Shown here piece by piece: positions 42,032 to 52,458 of a stretch of 64,000 bases of DNA. The position numbers and the translations under genes are program-made. A model generated the notes under the pieces. That model worked only from the letters and a program-made list of their open reading frames with translations. It did no database searches and was not told the DNA's origin. The DNA is taken from assembly GCA_963724295.1 (NCBI GenBank), contig CAVRUC010000007.1:512001-576000 (forward strand), given 5' to 3'. This DNA is from an uncultured Chloroflexia bacterium (GTDB lineage: Bacteria > Chloroflexota > Chloroflexia > Thermomicrobiales > UBA6265). The first letter of the stretch is position 1. Every line of letters starts with the position of its first letter.

Positions 42032-43720
42032 TTACGCCTGGTCTAGCCAGACGTCGTTGTAATGCGGGTAGATGTCGTACTGGTGCGGCAGCCAGCCGTG
42101 GACGTTCGGTCGCGAGACCCAGACGCTATTGCGGACCACAAGCGGGATGGTTGGCAATTGCTCTGCCACCACTGCCTGGAACTGGTCCCCAGCTGCCGCG
42201 AGTTCCTCTGCGTTGGCAGCTTGCTTCCAGGCATCAATGGCGGCGTCGACATCCGGGAGCTTGGCTCGCCCCCAGTTTGAGCCACCGACCGTCGCGGTGA
42301 TGGAGCCGACGAACAGGATGAATACATCGATCGGCACGGGCCACAGATAGTAGAAGAGCGAGCTTTCGGCGCCCTCCTCGGATTCAAGCTTCGCGAAGTA
42401 CGAACCGCGATCGAGCGCCTCGATCGTGACCTCCATCCCGAGCTCGGCCAGCGATGCTTGTAGCACCGACGCGAGATCGCGATTGAACGACTCGGCCTGC
42501 ACGGTCAGGCTGAAGGCATGGCGGACGCCGTTCTTGGTGAGGATGCCGTCGTCTCCAGGCGTCCAGCCAAGCTCGGCGACCATTGATTTGGCCCGATCGA
42601 GGTCGAACTGGTTGAACTCTTCCACGGCCGAGTTGTAGTAGACGTCGGCCGGGGCGATCGGTCCGTAGAGCGGACCGCCCAGGTCGGCGAGCAACGCGGT
42701 CACGATGGCCTGGCGGTCGATCGCGTGCGACATCGCCTGCCGCATCGTCAGCTCGTGGAAGTCGAGGTCGGTGCGCAGGAAACTCGGGCTGAAGATGTAA
42801 CCAGACGGCTCGCTGAAGGTCGAAACGGAGAGGTCGGGGTTGGTCTGGAGCCGGGCTACGTCCTGCAGTGCGGGGTTGCGCAAGGTGTCGATCTCGGCGT
42901 TCTCGATGCGAACCGCGCGCTGTGCCGCCTCGAGGATCGTCTCCCAGCGAATGCCGTCGAGGTACGCCGAGCCTTTGTTGGTGAAGTACGGCACGATCGA
43001 GCCCGGGTAGTCCTCCCAGCGCGTCACCGTCATATGACTGCCTGGGACCCACTCTCCAAAGAGGAAGGGTCCGGTGCCGTCGACGCCGCTCTGGCCGTAC
43101 TGCTCGGCGAGCTCGTTGCGCGTCTCGATGTTCGCAATTGCCCAGAACCCGGTCTTCACCACGTTCAGCACCTCGTAGTAGGGATGCGCCATGGTGAGCA
43201 CGAGCGTCCGCTCGTCGACCGCTTCGATCGATTCCACGGGGGTGAAGAGGCTCCCCAGGGGCGACGCGTTCGCCGGGTCCATGACGGCGTCGTAGTCCTC
43301 TTTCACCGCCTCCGCGGTCAACGGCCGGCCGGAATGGAACAGACCGCCCTCCTTCAGGACAAACGTGACGGTTTTCCCGTCCTCGGACACCTCCCAGGAC
43401 TCGGCGAGGTTCGGCTGCAGACTTCCATCCGGCGCATCGATGAGGAGCGAATCGTAGAGCGCGTGGAACGCCGGGTCATACCAGTTGGTGGCCACCGGAT
43501 CGAGCGGAGAAAAATCGAGGTCGTAGCCCTCGCGCAAGGTGCCACCGACCACTGGCTCCTCTTGTGCCATAGGCGAGGCCGCCGCTTCCCGGGCCAGCAG
43601 TTGACCGAGCGCGGTGGCGGTGACTCCGAGAGCTGCCGATTTGATCAGGAGATCACGCCGGGACAGGCGCCCCGCGCGGTATCCCGCGAGAAGCTCGTGA
43701 ACCGTGACGCGGGTATCCAC
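42032..43720 (-). CDS. Peptide ABC transporter substrate-binding protein (SBP family 5, Tat signal)
   Basis: SRRDLL Tat motif, LDP, LYDSL, PNLAESW, FHSG, GTGPF; AAGGAGG RBS before GTG. Confidence 0.93.
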   Translation of the reverse strand: MDTRVTVHELLAGYRAGRLSRRDLLIKSAALGVTATALGQLLAREAAASPMAQEEPVVGGTLREGYDLDFSPLDPVATNWYDPAFHALYDSLLIDAPDGSLQPNLAESWEVSEDGKTVTFVLKEGGLFHSGRPLTAEAVKEDYDAVMDPANASPLGSLFTPVESIEAVDERTLVLTMAHPYYEVLNVVKTGFWAIANIETRNELAEQYGQSGVDGTGPFLFGEWVPGSHMTVTRWEDYPGSIVPYFTNKGSAYLDGIRWETILEAAQRAVRIENAEIDTLRNPALQDVARLQTNPDLSVSTFSEPSGYIFSPSFLRTDLDFHELTMRQAMSHAIDRQAIVTALLADLGGPLYGPIAPADVYYNSAVEEFNQFDLDRAKSMVAELGWTPGDDGILTKNGVRHAFSLTVQAESFNRDLASVLQASLAELGMEVTIEALDRGSYFAKLESEEGAESSLFYYLWPVPIDVFILFVGSITATVGGSNWGRAKLPDVDAAIDAWKQAANAEELAAAGDQFQAVVAEQLPTIPLVVRNSVWVSRPNVHGWLPHQYDIYPHYNDVWLDQA

Positions 43721-43922
43721 TCGTATGCCTCCTTGCGATACGGGCCCCCGAGCCGCGACTGGCTCGTCTTGCCCGAGCGGACTACGGTCCGCGAGGATCA
43801 TAGCAAGTTGCGCCCTGCCACCGCCTGTGCTTAGATGGCGGCCTTCTACGCACCAGCAAACCGTCACAGTCAGAAGTGTCGGGACAGAGATACCTGGGCC
43901 CGGCTCAAGGGAAGCGAACGGG

Positions 43923-45577
43923 ATGGTTCAACCCGCCGTCGAGCGGTCGCTCGATGAAGCAGTCGTGGCGCCGGGTGATGAACGCCCCGTCCTCGAGATG
44001 GAGCACGTCTCGAAGCAGTTCGGGGCCACGCTGGCGCTCGACGATGTCTCCCTCGAGCTTCGACGTGGCGAGATCCACGCGCTGTTGGGCGAGAACGGGG
44101 CCGGCAAATCGACCCTGATCAAGATCATGACCGGCGTCCAGCACCAGGACGGCGGCGAGATCCGCATCGATGGCGCGCCGGTCCGCGTCACCTCCGCCCA
44201 GGACGCGCAGCGCCTCGGCGTCGCGGCTATCTACCAGGAACCGATGATTTTCCCGGACCTGTCGGTGGCCGAGAACATCTTCATTGGTCACCGTGACCGC
44301 GGCAAGATCGTCGACCGGCGGCGCATGGAACGCGAGGCGCGTGAGGTCCTGGCCCGGCTCGACGTGCGGCTCGACGTCGCCGAGCCGGCCCGCGGCCTGA
44401 CCCTCGCCGAACAGCAGACCGTCGAGATCGCCAAGGCCATCTCCCTCGACGTGCGCGTGCTGATCATGGACGAGCCGACGGCATCCCTCTCGGCCCATGA
44501 GGTACAACGGCTCTTCCGCATCGTGCACACCCTGCGCCAGCAAGGCGTGGCGATTCTTTTCATCTCCCACCGCATGGAAGAGGTCTTCGAGATCGCCGAT
44601 CGCGTCACGATCCTGCGCGACGGCCGCTGGATCTCGACCACGCCTCGCGCGGAGCTGACGCCGGCGACTGCCATCAGCCGCATGGTCGGGTCGCGAGGTG
44701 CGCGAGCTGTTCCGCCGCGAGCGGCGCGAACCGGGCGCGGTGCGGCTGTCGGTCCGCGGATCTGCGTCGCGAGGGCGCGTTTCAGGATGTCTCGTTCGAC
44801 CTCCGCGCCGGGGAGGTGCTCGGATTTGCCGGTCTGGTCGGAGCCCGGCGCACCGACGTGGGGCTGGCGCTCTTCGGGATCGCCCCCGCGGACGGGGGTC
44901 AGATCGATCTCGACGGAGCCCCGGTGTCCGTGTCCAGCCCGCGCGACGCCATGGCGCTGGGCATCGCCTACAGCACCGAGGACCGCCGCCAGCTTGGCCT
45001 CGTCATGCCGCTCTCGATCGCGGCGAACGTTTCGTTGCCGTCACTCCCCCGCTTCCTGACACCCGCCGGCATGGTGCGCCGCGCCGAGGAGCGGGCCACC
45101 GCCGAGGCATTCCGGCAACGGCTGAGCATCCGCGCCCCATCGGTCGATACGCCGGCGTCGTCGCTTTCCGGTGGCAACCAGCAAAAAGTCGTCATCAGCA
45201 AGTGGCTGGAGACGAACCCGAAAGTGATGATCCTCGACGAACCGACCCGTGGCATCGATGTCGGTGCCAAGGTGGAGGTCCATCAGCTGATCGACGACCT
45301 GGCGGCACGGGGCATGGCGATCATCCTCATCAGCTCGGATCTGCCGGAGGTGCTGGCCATGAGCGACCGCATCCTGGTCATGCGCGAGGGCCGCCAGATG
45401 GCCATCTTCGACCACCACGAGGCATCCCAGGAGCGGGTCCTTTCTGCGGCAATGGGGCAGTCCGGCGATATCGTGCCCAAAGGTGAAGGGATCGACCGCG
45501 AGGCCGGGGCCGAAGCGATCGCAACAATCGATCGGTTGGTTACAGGCGGCTCACTAGATGAGGAGGACCGCTCGTGA
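43923..45577 (+). CDS. Sugar ABC transporter ATP-binding protein (two ABC domains, RhaT-like), frameshifted near 44690-44770
   Basis: [19 protein letters not shown]; second half [20 protein letters not shown] in a different frame. Confidence 0.9.
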
Positions 45578-46644
45578 GCGAGGCGATTTTGCGTCGCATT
45601 CGGCCCGAGCAGTTCCGCGAGGTCATCCTGCTCGCCGTGACCGTCGGATTGCTTCTCTTTTTCGCGTCTCAGATTCCGAACTATTTCGACCCGCGCAGTG
45701 TGAACCGGCTCACGACTGGTCTGGCCATCACCCTGGTCGTCGCGGTCGGGCAGGTGCTCGTGGTGTTGACCCGCAATATCGACCTGTCGGTCTCTTCGAC
45801 GGTTGGGCTGACAGCCTATGTGGTCGGCACGCTGCTGACTCGATACCAGGATATGCCGCCTTTAGTGGCACTCTTGCTTGCCATGGTGATCGGTCTGGTG
45901 CTGGGCTCGATCAATGGCCTGATCGTGGCGTACGGCGGGGTGCCCTCCATCATCGCCACCCTCGGGACGCTGGCGCTCTATCGGGTGGTGCTGGTCGAGT
46001 TCTCCGGGGCACGGACCGTCACCACGGCCGATCTCCCGGATTGGCTGAACGACGTGCCGAGTGCAACCGTGCTATCGGCCGGTGGTTACGACCTGCGGCT
46101 GATGGTCGCCATCGCGCTGCTGGTCGCTCTGCTGGGCCAGCTGACACTCCGCTATCTGCCGTTTGGGCGACGGCTCTACGCCATCGGCTCGAACCCGGAA
46201 GCGGCGCGCACCGCCGGACTTCCGGTGCAACGGACGGTCTTCACCGCGTTCTCCATCTGCGGCGCCCTCTCGGGCCTGGCGGGATTCATGTTCCTGGTGC
46301 GATTCGGCAACATCACGGTCACCGCTGCGCAGGGTCTGGAGCTACAGGTCGTCGCCGCGGTCGTGGTCGGTGGCGTCAACATCTTTGGTGGATCGGGCTC
46401 GGTGATTGGCGCGATGCTCGGTGTGCTGATGATCGAGACCCTGCAGCAGAGTTTGTTGCGCTGGGCGGGCCTCAGCGAGTTCGTCAAAGACGCGATCCTC
46501 GGGGTACTCATCCTGATCGCCGTTGCCGCTGACGCCATCATCCTGGGCCGGCTGCGGGAGATGTGGGTCCGCGTCCGCCGGCGTGACCAGGCACGCGCGC
46601 AGGCCGCCTTCTCCGAGGAGAGAGGAGTGGTTCATGGCGCGTGA
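45574..46644 (+). CDS. Sugar ABC transporter permease (RhaP-like)
   Basis: [34 protein letters not shown]. Confidence 0.92.
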   Translation: MSEAILRRIRPEQFREVILLAVTVGLLLFFASQIPNYFDPRSVNRLTTGLAITLVVAVGQVLVVLTRNIDLSVSSTVGLTAYVVGTLLTRYQDMPPLVALLLAMVIGLVLGSINGLIVAYGGVPSIIATLGTLALYRVVLVEFSGARTVTTADLPDWLNDVPSATVLSAGGYDLRLMVAIALLVALLGQLTLRYLPFGRRLYAIGSNPEAARTAGLPVQRTVFTAFSICGALSGLAGFMFLVRFGNITVTAAQGLELQVVAAVVVGGVNIFGGSGSVIGAMLGVLMIETLQQSLLRWAGLSEFVKDAILGVLILIAVAADAIILGRLREMWVRVRRRDQARAQAAFSEERGVVHGA

Positions 46645-47671
46645 GCTGCTGCGTCGCCTGCGCAGCTGGGAGGGGCTGCTCCTCGTCGTCCTGCTGGTGG
46701 TCCTGGCCTACAACATCACCCGCGTCCCGAACTTCCTCACCATCAGCAACCAGGTCAATCTCTTTCAGCTGGGCATCGAGAAGGCGATCGTGGTCCTGAT
46801 CATGACCTTCGTCATCATCAGCGGCGAGATCGACTTGTCTGTTGCCTCGATGATGGGTCTCTCAGCGGCTGTGACTGCCTCTCTCTATCGAATCCGGAGC
46901 GCCGATGGTGCTGGCGATCCTGGTAGCCCTGAGCGTCGGCGCGGCATTCGGTCTGTTCAATGGGTACTTCGTTGCCAAGTCGTGGGGTTGAGCTCGTTAG
47001 CCGTCACCCTGGCGGGTTACATCGGATTCCGGGGTCTGGCGAGATTGCTCGTGCAGGACCGTTCCGTCGGTGGATTCCCTGCTTGGTTCACGAACCTGGG
47101 ACAGCACGGTCTGATTGGACCATTGACGCTTTCGATCCTGATTTTTGCCGGGCTTGCGATCGTCGCCGCTGTAGTGCTTCATTTCAGCGGGTTCGGTCGT
47201 CTCACCTATGTCATTGGCAACAGTGCCCAGGTCGCGAAATTCTCCGGCGTCTCGGTCGCGCGGACGAAATTCATCATCTTCATGATGAGTGGTCTCATCT
47301 CCGCGCTGGCCGGGGTGCTGATGGCTGCTCGCCTCGGCGCGGTGCGGGCCAGCACCGCGGAGGGCTTCGAGCTCGACATCATCACCGTCGTACTCCTCGG
47401 CGGGGTCAGCATCTTCGGTGGGGTTGGCTCGATGATCGGCGTGCTTCTCTCCACCTATCTCGTGCTCAATCTGCGAAACGGTCTGATCATCGCCGGCGTC
47501 ACCGGCAACACCCAGACCGGGATCATCGGCCTGCTGCTGATCCTGTCCGTGCTCCTACCGAATCTGGCGGAGCGTGTGCAGGAGCGCCTGCGACGGCAGG
47601 TCGACCCGAGCGTGCGCGCGCCACCGGATCGGATGACGGAGCCAACGCGCTCGCCGGCCGCGCCCGGTTAG
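46634..47671 (+). CDS. Sugar ABC transporter permease (RhaQ-like), with a short out-of-frame stretch near 46890-46980
   Basis: GEIDLSVAS, GFELDIIT..LLGGVSIFGG; internal hydrophilic scrambled segment. Confidence 0.88.
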   Translation: MARELLRRLRSWEGLLLVVLLVVLAYNITRVPNFLTISNQVNLFQLGIEKAIVVLIMTFVIISGEIDLSVASMMGLSAAVTASLYRIRSADGAGDPGSPERRRGIRSVQWVLRCQVVGLSSLAVTLAGYIGFRGLARLLVQDRSVGGFPAWFTNLGQHGLIGPLTLSILIFAGLAIVAAVVLHFSGFGRLTYVIGNSAQVAKFSGVSVARTKFIIFMMSGLISALAGVLMAARLGAVRASTAEGFELDIITVVLLGGVSIFGGVGSMIGVLLSTYLVLNLRNGLIIAGVTGNTQTGIIGLLLILSVLLPNLAERVQERLRRQVDPSVRAPPDRMTEPTRSPAAPG

Positions 47672-47752
47672 CCAGATTGCCGCGCCCATCCGTGGGAAGA
47701 TCATGCGATGATGACGGCCGGCAATCTTCGAATCGACGAAGAGGAGGAACAG

Positions 47753-48861
47753 GTGAACTTACCCGCGACGAGGCGTCGATTGTTGAGCGGCGTGATGGGC
47801 GCCGGTTTGCTGGTAGCAACGATGGGGCCTGCCACATTGGCGCAGACCCCGGTCGCGGGGAGCCCAGTCTCCGGCGAGGCAGTCACCGCGGAGCCCGGGC
47901 AGGACGTCAAGATGATGTTGCTGCCCAAGTTCCTGGGGATCCTCCCCTTCGACCAGGCGAACCAGGGCGCCCAGGAAGCGGCCGCCGAGCTGCAAAACCC
48001 GACCGCCGTTCGACTTCGTCGGTCCGACCGCCGAGAACAGCGTTGCCGGGCAGATCGAATTCGTGACCAACGCGCCGGCTGGTGGTTACGACGTCGTCAT
48101 GCTCTCGAACAACTCCGGCGACCAGATCGTGCCCGCGGCCGTTGCCGCGCAGGAGGCCGGAACCAAGTCGTCACCTGGGACTCTCCGATCCCAACCGGCG
48201 AAGGTGAAGACGCTCTTCGTGGCCCAGGTGGACTTCGACGAGACCGGTCAGGTGATGGCCGAGATGGCGCTCTCGATCCTGGGTGAGGACGGCGGTCAGT
48301 TCGCGATACTCTCGGCGTCGCCAGATGCCGCCAACCAGAATGCCTGGATCGCGGCGATGGAGACGGCGCTCGGAGGATCCGAAAGTACGCCAATCTCGAG
48401 CTGCTGGAGATCGTCTACGGCGATGACCAGTCAGAGAAGAGCTACGAGCAGGCCCAGGCGCTCATCTCCAAGTACCCGGACATGGAGCTGATCATGGCTC
48501 CGACTTCGGTCGGCATCGTCTCGGCAGCGAAGGCCCTTCAGGACGAAGGGCTCTGCGAGGAGATCAAGGTCTCCGGACTGGGCGTGCCGGCGGAGATGCT
48601 TGAGTACACCCAGAACGGTTGCGCGCCCGAGTTCGCGCTTGTGGAGCTTCGTCGACCTTGGCTACCTGACGTACTACGTCTCCTACCTGCTGGCGACTGG
48701 CGCGATCGAGGGCGTGGAAGGCGAAACGGTTCGTGGCTGGCCGCCTGGGCGAGTACGAGATCACTAAGGACCCGACGCGGCCAGATGTCGACGCGCTGCG
48801 CGTGCTGATGGGTCCGTTCACCGTCTACAACATCGACAACGTCGAGGAGGCCGCGGGGTAG
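47753..48861 (+). CDS. Sugar (rhamnose-like, RhaS-type) ABC substrate-binding protein, several frameshifts
   Basis: TRRRLL Tat-like leader; [44 protein letters not shown] spread over 3 frames. Confidence 0.82.
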
Positions 48862-48878
48862 CGTTTCGCGGCGCATAA

Positions 48879-48909
48879 ACCGTCCCCGGCCAGCTTGGCC
48901 GGGGACGGT
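48879..48909. terminator. Hairpin after the sugar ABC operon
   Basis: ACCGTCCCCGGCCA-GCT-TGGCCGGGGACGGT. Confidence 0.7.
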
Positions 48910-49095
48910 GTCCATACGCATACGGCAAGGGCCAGCCGAACACCGAGCGCCTCAGCAACGATGGGAGCGACAGAACGGTGTTTGCTCCTGGATGGACAGG
49001 AAACGCCGATCGGGCCGCGGATGCCGCGGCCCGATCGGGATGAGAGACAACGCGTTGGTGGTCGGTCTCGCTCTCGACTTCAGAGAATGGACCCG

Positions 49096-49881
49096 CTAGT
49101 CCGCTCCCAAATAACGACTGAGGGACAGTTCAATGGCGCGGAACTGCGCCAAGAGTTCGGCGGCAGTCGGTGCCGGCAGATCATCGACGCTCGCGTCGAC
49201 TTCGGCGCTGCTCGCCTCCACCACGGCGGTCAAGGCGTTCTCTTGCAGACTTCCCAGGTCCTGGGAGAGCAGCGCCTGCTGCGCGGCGAGCACCCGGGTC
49301 TGCTTGCTGGCGGTGCTGGCAGCCAGGTGCCCGATGGAGGCGCGGCTCGCCTCAACTGACCCATAACCACTTGTCTGGTCCCATGATGAGCCTGCGGCCA
49401 CAACCGCAAGCAGCACGTCTTCTTGCAGGCTGCCGAGGTTCTGGGATTGCAACGCTTGCTGCGCCGCCAGTACCCGACTTGCGTCGACCGATGATTCTGG
49501 CGCGATCATTCCTACCGGCACCGAGCGGACATCGGCCGGGACCTGTGTCGTGCTGGCGGCCGGATGTCCGATTGCGGCGCGGCTGGCCTCGACCGCGCCA
49601 TACCCGCTTGTCGCGTCCCAGGAGGGAACGGCGGCTACGATGGCGAGCAAGTGCTCTTCCTGCATGCTGCCGATGTCGCCGTTCAGCAATGCGCGCTCCG
49701 CAACGAGAGCGCGGGCGGCCCGCACCTCGTCGGCACTGGTCTCGTCCACTGATGGAGCGGCGACCGGAGCCAGGGCTGCGACCTCCTCCTCCGCATTGAC
49801 CGCGACCGGTGCGAGCAGCGTAAGAGCGAACACCGTGGCGATACCGAAGGCTAGACTCCGAGTCCGATAGTTCATGGACAT
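49096..49881 (-). CDS. Secreted hypothetical protein with 2.5 internal repeats of about 55-75 aa
   Basis: Sec-type signal (..APVAVNA); repeats of VLAAQQAL..(N/D)LGSLQE..L.AVV..SWD.TSGYG.VEASRA.IGH; AGAAAGGA RBS. Confidence 0.75.
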   Translation of the reverse strand: MSMNYRTRSLAFGIATVFALTLLAPVAVNAEEEVAALAPVAAPSVDETSADEVRAARALVAERALLNGDIGSMQEEHLLAIVAAVPSWDATSGYGAVEASRAAIGHPAASTTQVPADVRSVPVGMIAPESSVDASRVLAAQQALQSQNLGSLQEDVLLAVVAAGSSWDQTSGYGSVEASRASIGHLAASTASKQTRVLAAQQALLSQDLGSLQENALTAVVEASSAEVDASVDDLPAPTAAELLAQFRAIELSLSRYLGAD

Positions 49882-50556
49882 CGTTGGTTCCTTTCTGACC
49901 GTCTGACACATGGTCGGTGGCTCGGGTCGCCTGGCGCCTTCGCGACACGAGCCTTGGATCGACTCGGCTCACCCGGATGCGAGCCCTGCTCGGTTGGGAC
50001 CTGGCGGCCTCGTCCTAACACTCTCGAAGCTTGAGCCCACAACGTCTCAGCACCATCTGCATAATTACTTAGATATCTACTGAGATTTCTGGTACCGGAT
50101 GCGATCCCAGCGGGGGTGGGGGTTGGTACTTCCGTCCTGGCACGCGCCCAGCATCCACCCGCGCGGCGTGCGGCGAGACGCAGCCCGTACGCCTCGCGCA
50201 CGCATCCTGGACGCATGCTGTCCTAGTTGGGTAGGAGCCGATTGCTACGCTTCGCTGACCTCGCAGAACTCGGAACTGATCGGCACAATCGTGGACGCGG
50301 GGAGACTAGCAATCAGGGCTAACCGGGGCTCGCGAGGAGAGGCGCAGCTCCACTGCGTACCTGGCGCCGCACTGTCGCAGGAGGCCCTGAAGCTGTCTTG
50401 GACACGGTCGAGCTGGAGGGGAAAAGACGACGAGTGGTCAACTGGCGAAGCTTTTGCGGTTTCCGCGCTACTGTGAAGCCGTCCGGGCCGCTACTCGTGC
50501 TAACCGGTGCGGGAGGAGTCTGCTGAACGGGTCCGGCTCCGGTTCCGTTCTTGACC

Positions 50557-51708
50557 CTACCAGAGCCGAGCAGTAGCCAGCCGAGAGCCTTCCGCGAGGC
50601 TGGCCAGCTTGGCGTAGGCGACGTCAGGCACGACGGCGGACCGGCCGGCGATCGTTGCGAAACCGCAATCGGTACCCGCGATCACCCGCTCCCGCCCGAC
50701 CACGCTCACGTATCGATCGATCCGCTGCGCCACCGTCTCAGGGTGCTCGATGGCGTTGGTACAGGTGTCGATGACGCCTGGGATGAGCACTTTCTCCGGA
50801 GGGAGTGGGATCTCGGCAAACACCGCCCATTCGTGCTCGTGGCGAGGATTGGCTCCCTCGATCGAGAGACCGTTTGCATTCACCCGATACAGGATGTCCA
50901 GAATCTCGGCGAGGGGTACGTCGTGGTGGTGAGGACCAGGGTAGTTGCCCCAGCAGACGTGGACGCGAACCCGCTCGGGATCGATGCCCTCAAGCGCCCG
51001 GTTGAGGACCTCCACGTGGAGCTCGATCTCGGCCCGGAACTCCGAGATCGACATCTTGGAAAACTCCAGGTGGCGACCGAGGGCGAGATCGGGACAATCG
51101 ACCTGGAGGAGGAATCCGCGGCTGGCGATTGCCCGGTACTCCTCACCCAGGGCTTCGCCAAGCGCGTCCAGGAAGTCCCGGCGGCTTGAGTAGTGCGTCG
51201 TGCCCATAAGCATGGCGACACTGCCGGGCGAGACCGCCGGAAGGAACGCCTCCCCCACAGGCTGGTTCTCGATTTCGGCAGATAAGGCGTCCAGGTCCGC
51301 GGCAAGCTGGTCCCATCCGATGTAGGCGATCGGACCGTCATTGGTTGGCATCGCTGGCCGTGACAACTCTTTGCCGTCGGAGAAGAAGAGGCGTTGCGCT
51401 ACCTCCGGGAAGTCGAGCAGGTCTCGTGGCGCAAATGGGCGGGGCGCGGCCGGCCCCTGGAAGCCGCTCAAGCGATCTTTCACGTAGTGGGCGAAACCGG
51501 GCTTGCCCATCTCGCCATCGCTGATGACGTCGATCCCGGCCGCGACTTGCCGCTGCACGGCTTCGCGCACGGCAGCCCGCACCCGCTCGCGCAGGTGCTC
51601 GCCATCGGAAAGTGATCCGTCTGAACCGAGGAGCGCCGCGGCCAGGGCGGCCGGCCGGGGCAGACTGCCGGTATGGGTGGTGAGGATCCGCTCCGTACTT
51701 CGCTTCAC
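50557..51708 (-). CDS. Cobalamin-independent methionine synthase II (single-barrel MetE-like) family protein
   Basis: TTHTGSLPRP, SDGE, HVCWGNY, EGANPRH, TDCGF zinc ligands. Confidence 0.92.
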   Translation of the reverse strand: MKRSTERILTTHTGSLPRPAALAAALLGSDGSLSDGEHLRERVRAAVREAVQRQVAAGIDVISDGEMGKPGFAHYVKDRLSGFQGPAAPRPFAPRDLLDFPEVAQRLFFSDGKELSRPAMPTNDGPIAYIGWDQLAADLDALSAEIENQPVGEAFLPAVSPGSVAMLMGTTHYSSRRDFLDALGEALGEEYRAIASRGFLLQVDCPDLALGRHLEFSKMSISEFRAEIELHVEVLNRALEGIDPERVRVHVCWGNYPGPHHHDVPLAEILDILYRVNANGLSIEGANPRHEHEWAVFAEIPLPPEKVLIPGVIDTCTNAIEHPETVAQRIDRYVSVVGRERVIAGTDCGFATIAGRSAVVPDVAYAKLASLAEGSRLATARLW

Positions 51709-51740
51709 ATGCCCGCCTGCAAACGACGGAATGTCACACG

Positions 51741-52283
51741 CTAGACCACTGGGGCTGCTTCCAGTTGCGCGATCGCGGCCTGCAGATGATCCTGCCCGAT
51801 GGCGTAATCACCCCGTTCCACGCGCAGCCGGTGCGCCAGCTCGAAGACGGCGCGCCTGGAAATGCCTGGCGGCGGCTCGAACGTGTAGGTTGCCAGCTCC
51901 AGCAGAAGGCCGTTGGGGTCGCGAAAGTAGAGCGAATCCATGAACCCGCGATCGACGCGACCGGTGTTCGGGAATCCCAGCTTTTCCAGCCCCTCCGCCG
52001 CTCGGTCGAACGTTTCGCGGGAAACGGCGTAAGCGATGTGGTGGACGTTGCCGACCACTTCCGGTACGGGCGTGCTATCGGTGGCCCGCCGCTCGCGAAC
52101 AAAGAAGGTGATCAGGCCACCATCGCCGGCGTCGAAGTAGAGATGGATCTCCTCGGGTACGTCGAGATTTGGCTGCTCGAAGATGAGCGGCATACCGAGG
52201 ACGCCCTGATAGAAATCGATCGTATCCTGCCGGTTCGAACCGATCAGGGTGATGTGGTGCACGCCGGTCGTTGGAATCTCCAT
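51741..52283 (-). CDS. VOC family protein (glyoxalase/ring-cleavage dioxygenase-like)
   Basis: GVHHITL, FY..VLG, HLYF, HHIA, SLYFRDPNGLLLE. Confidence 0.9.
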   Translation of the reverse strand: MEIPTTGVHHITLIGSNRQDTIDFYQGVLGMPLIFEQPNLDVPEEIHLYFDAGDGGLITFFVRERRATDSTPVPEVVGNVHHIAYAVSRETFDRAAEGLEKLGFPNTGRVDRGFMDSLYFRDPNGLLLELATYTFEPPPGISRRAVFELAHRLRVERGDYAIGQDHLQAAIAQLEAAPVV

Positions 52284-52298
52284 CGCATCCTCCAAAGG

Positions 52299-52418
52299 GT
52301 GTCATTCCGAGCCCGCCGACCATGTGTCATTCCGAGCCCTCAGGCGAGGAATCTCGGCGATTCAGAACGAACGCGGCCTGCGGCCGAGATGCTGCAAGTT
52401 CGTTCATCAGCATGACAC
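52299..52418. repeat. REP/MITE-like palindromic element (GTCATTCCGAGC...GAGGAATCT...AGAT...CAGCATGAC) with a duplicated left end
   Basis: GTGTCATTCCGAGCCC at 52299 and 52324; inverted terminus CATGACAC at 52411; inner ATCTCGGC/GCCGAGAT pair. Confidence 0.7.
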
Positions 52419-52458
52419 CGGTACGCTGTCGCGATCCTCGGTATCGCCACGCGGCGCG

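Noticed and set aside
44680..44780. Programmed ribosomal frameshifting in the sugar ABC ATPase or STAND genes
   Set aside because: No slippery heptamers at the junctions, and several shifts per gene; error or decay is more parsimonious.
50099..50550. ORFs or ncRNA in the gap between the repeat protein and the MetE-like gene
   Set aside because: No RBS, recognisable motif or convincing structure; possibly a decayed remnant.
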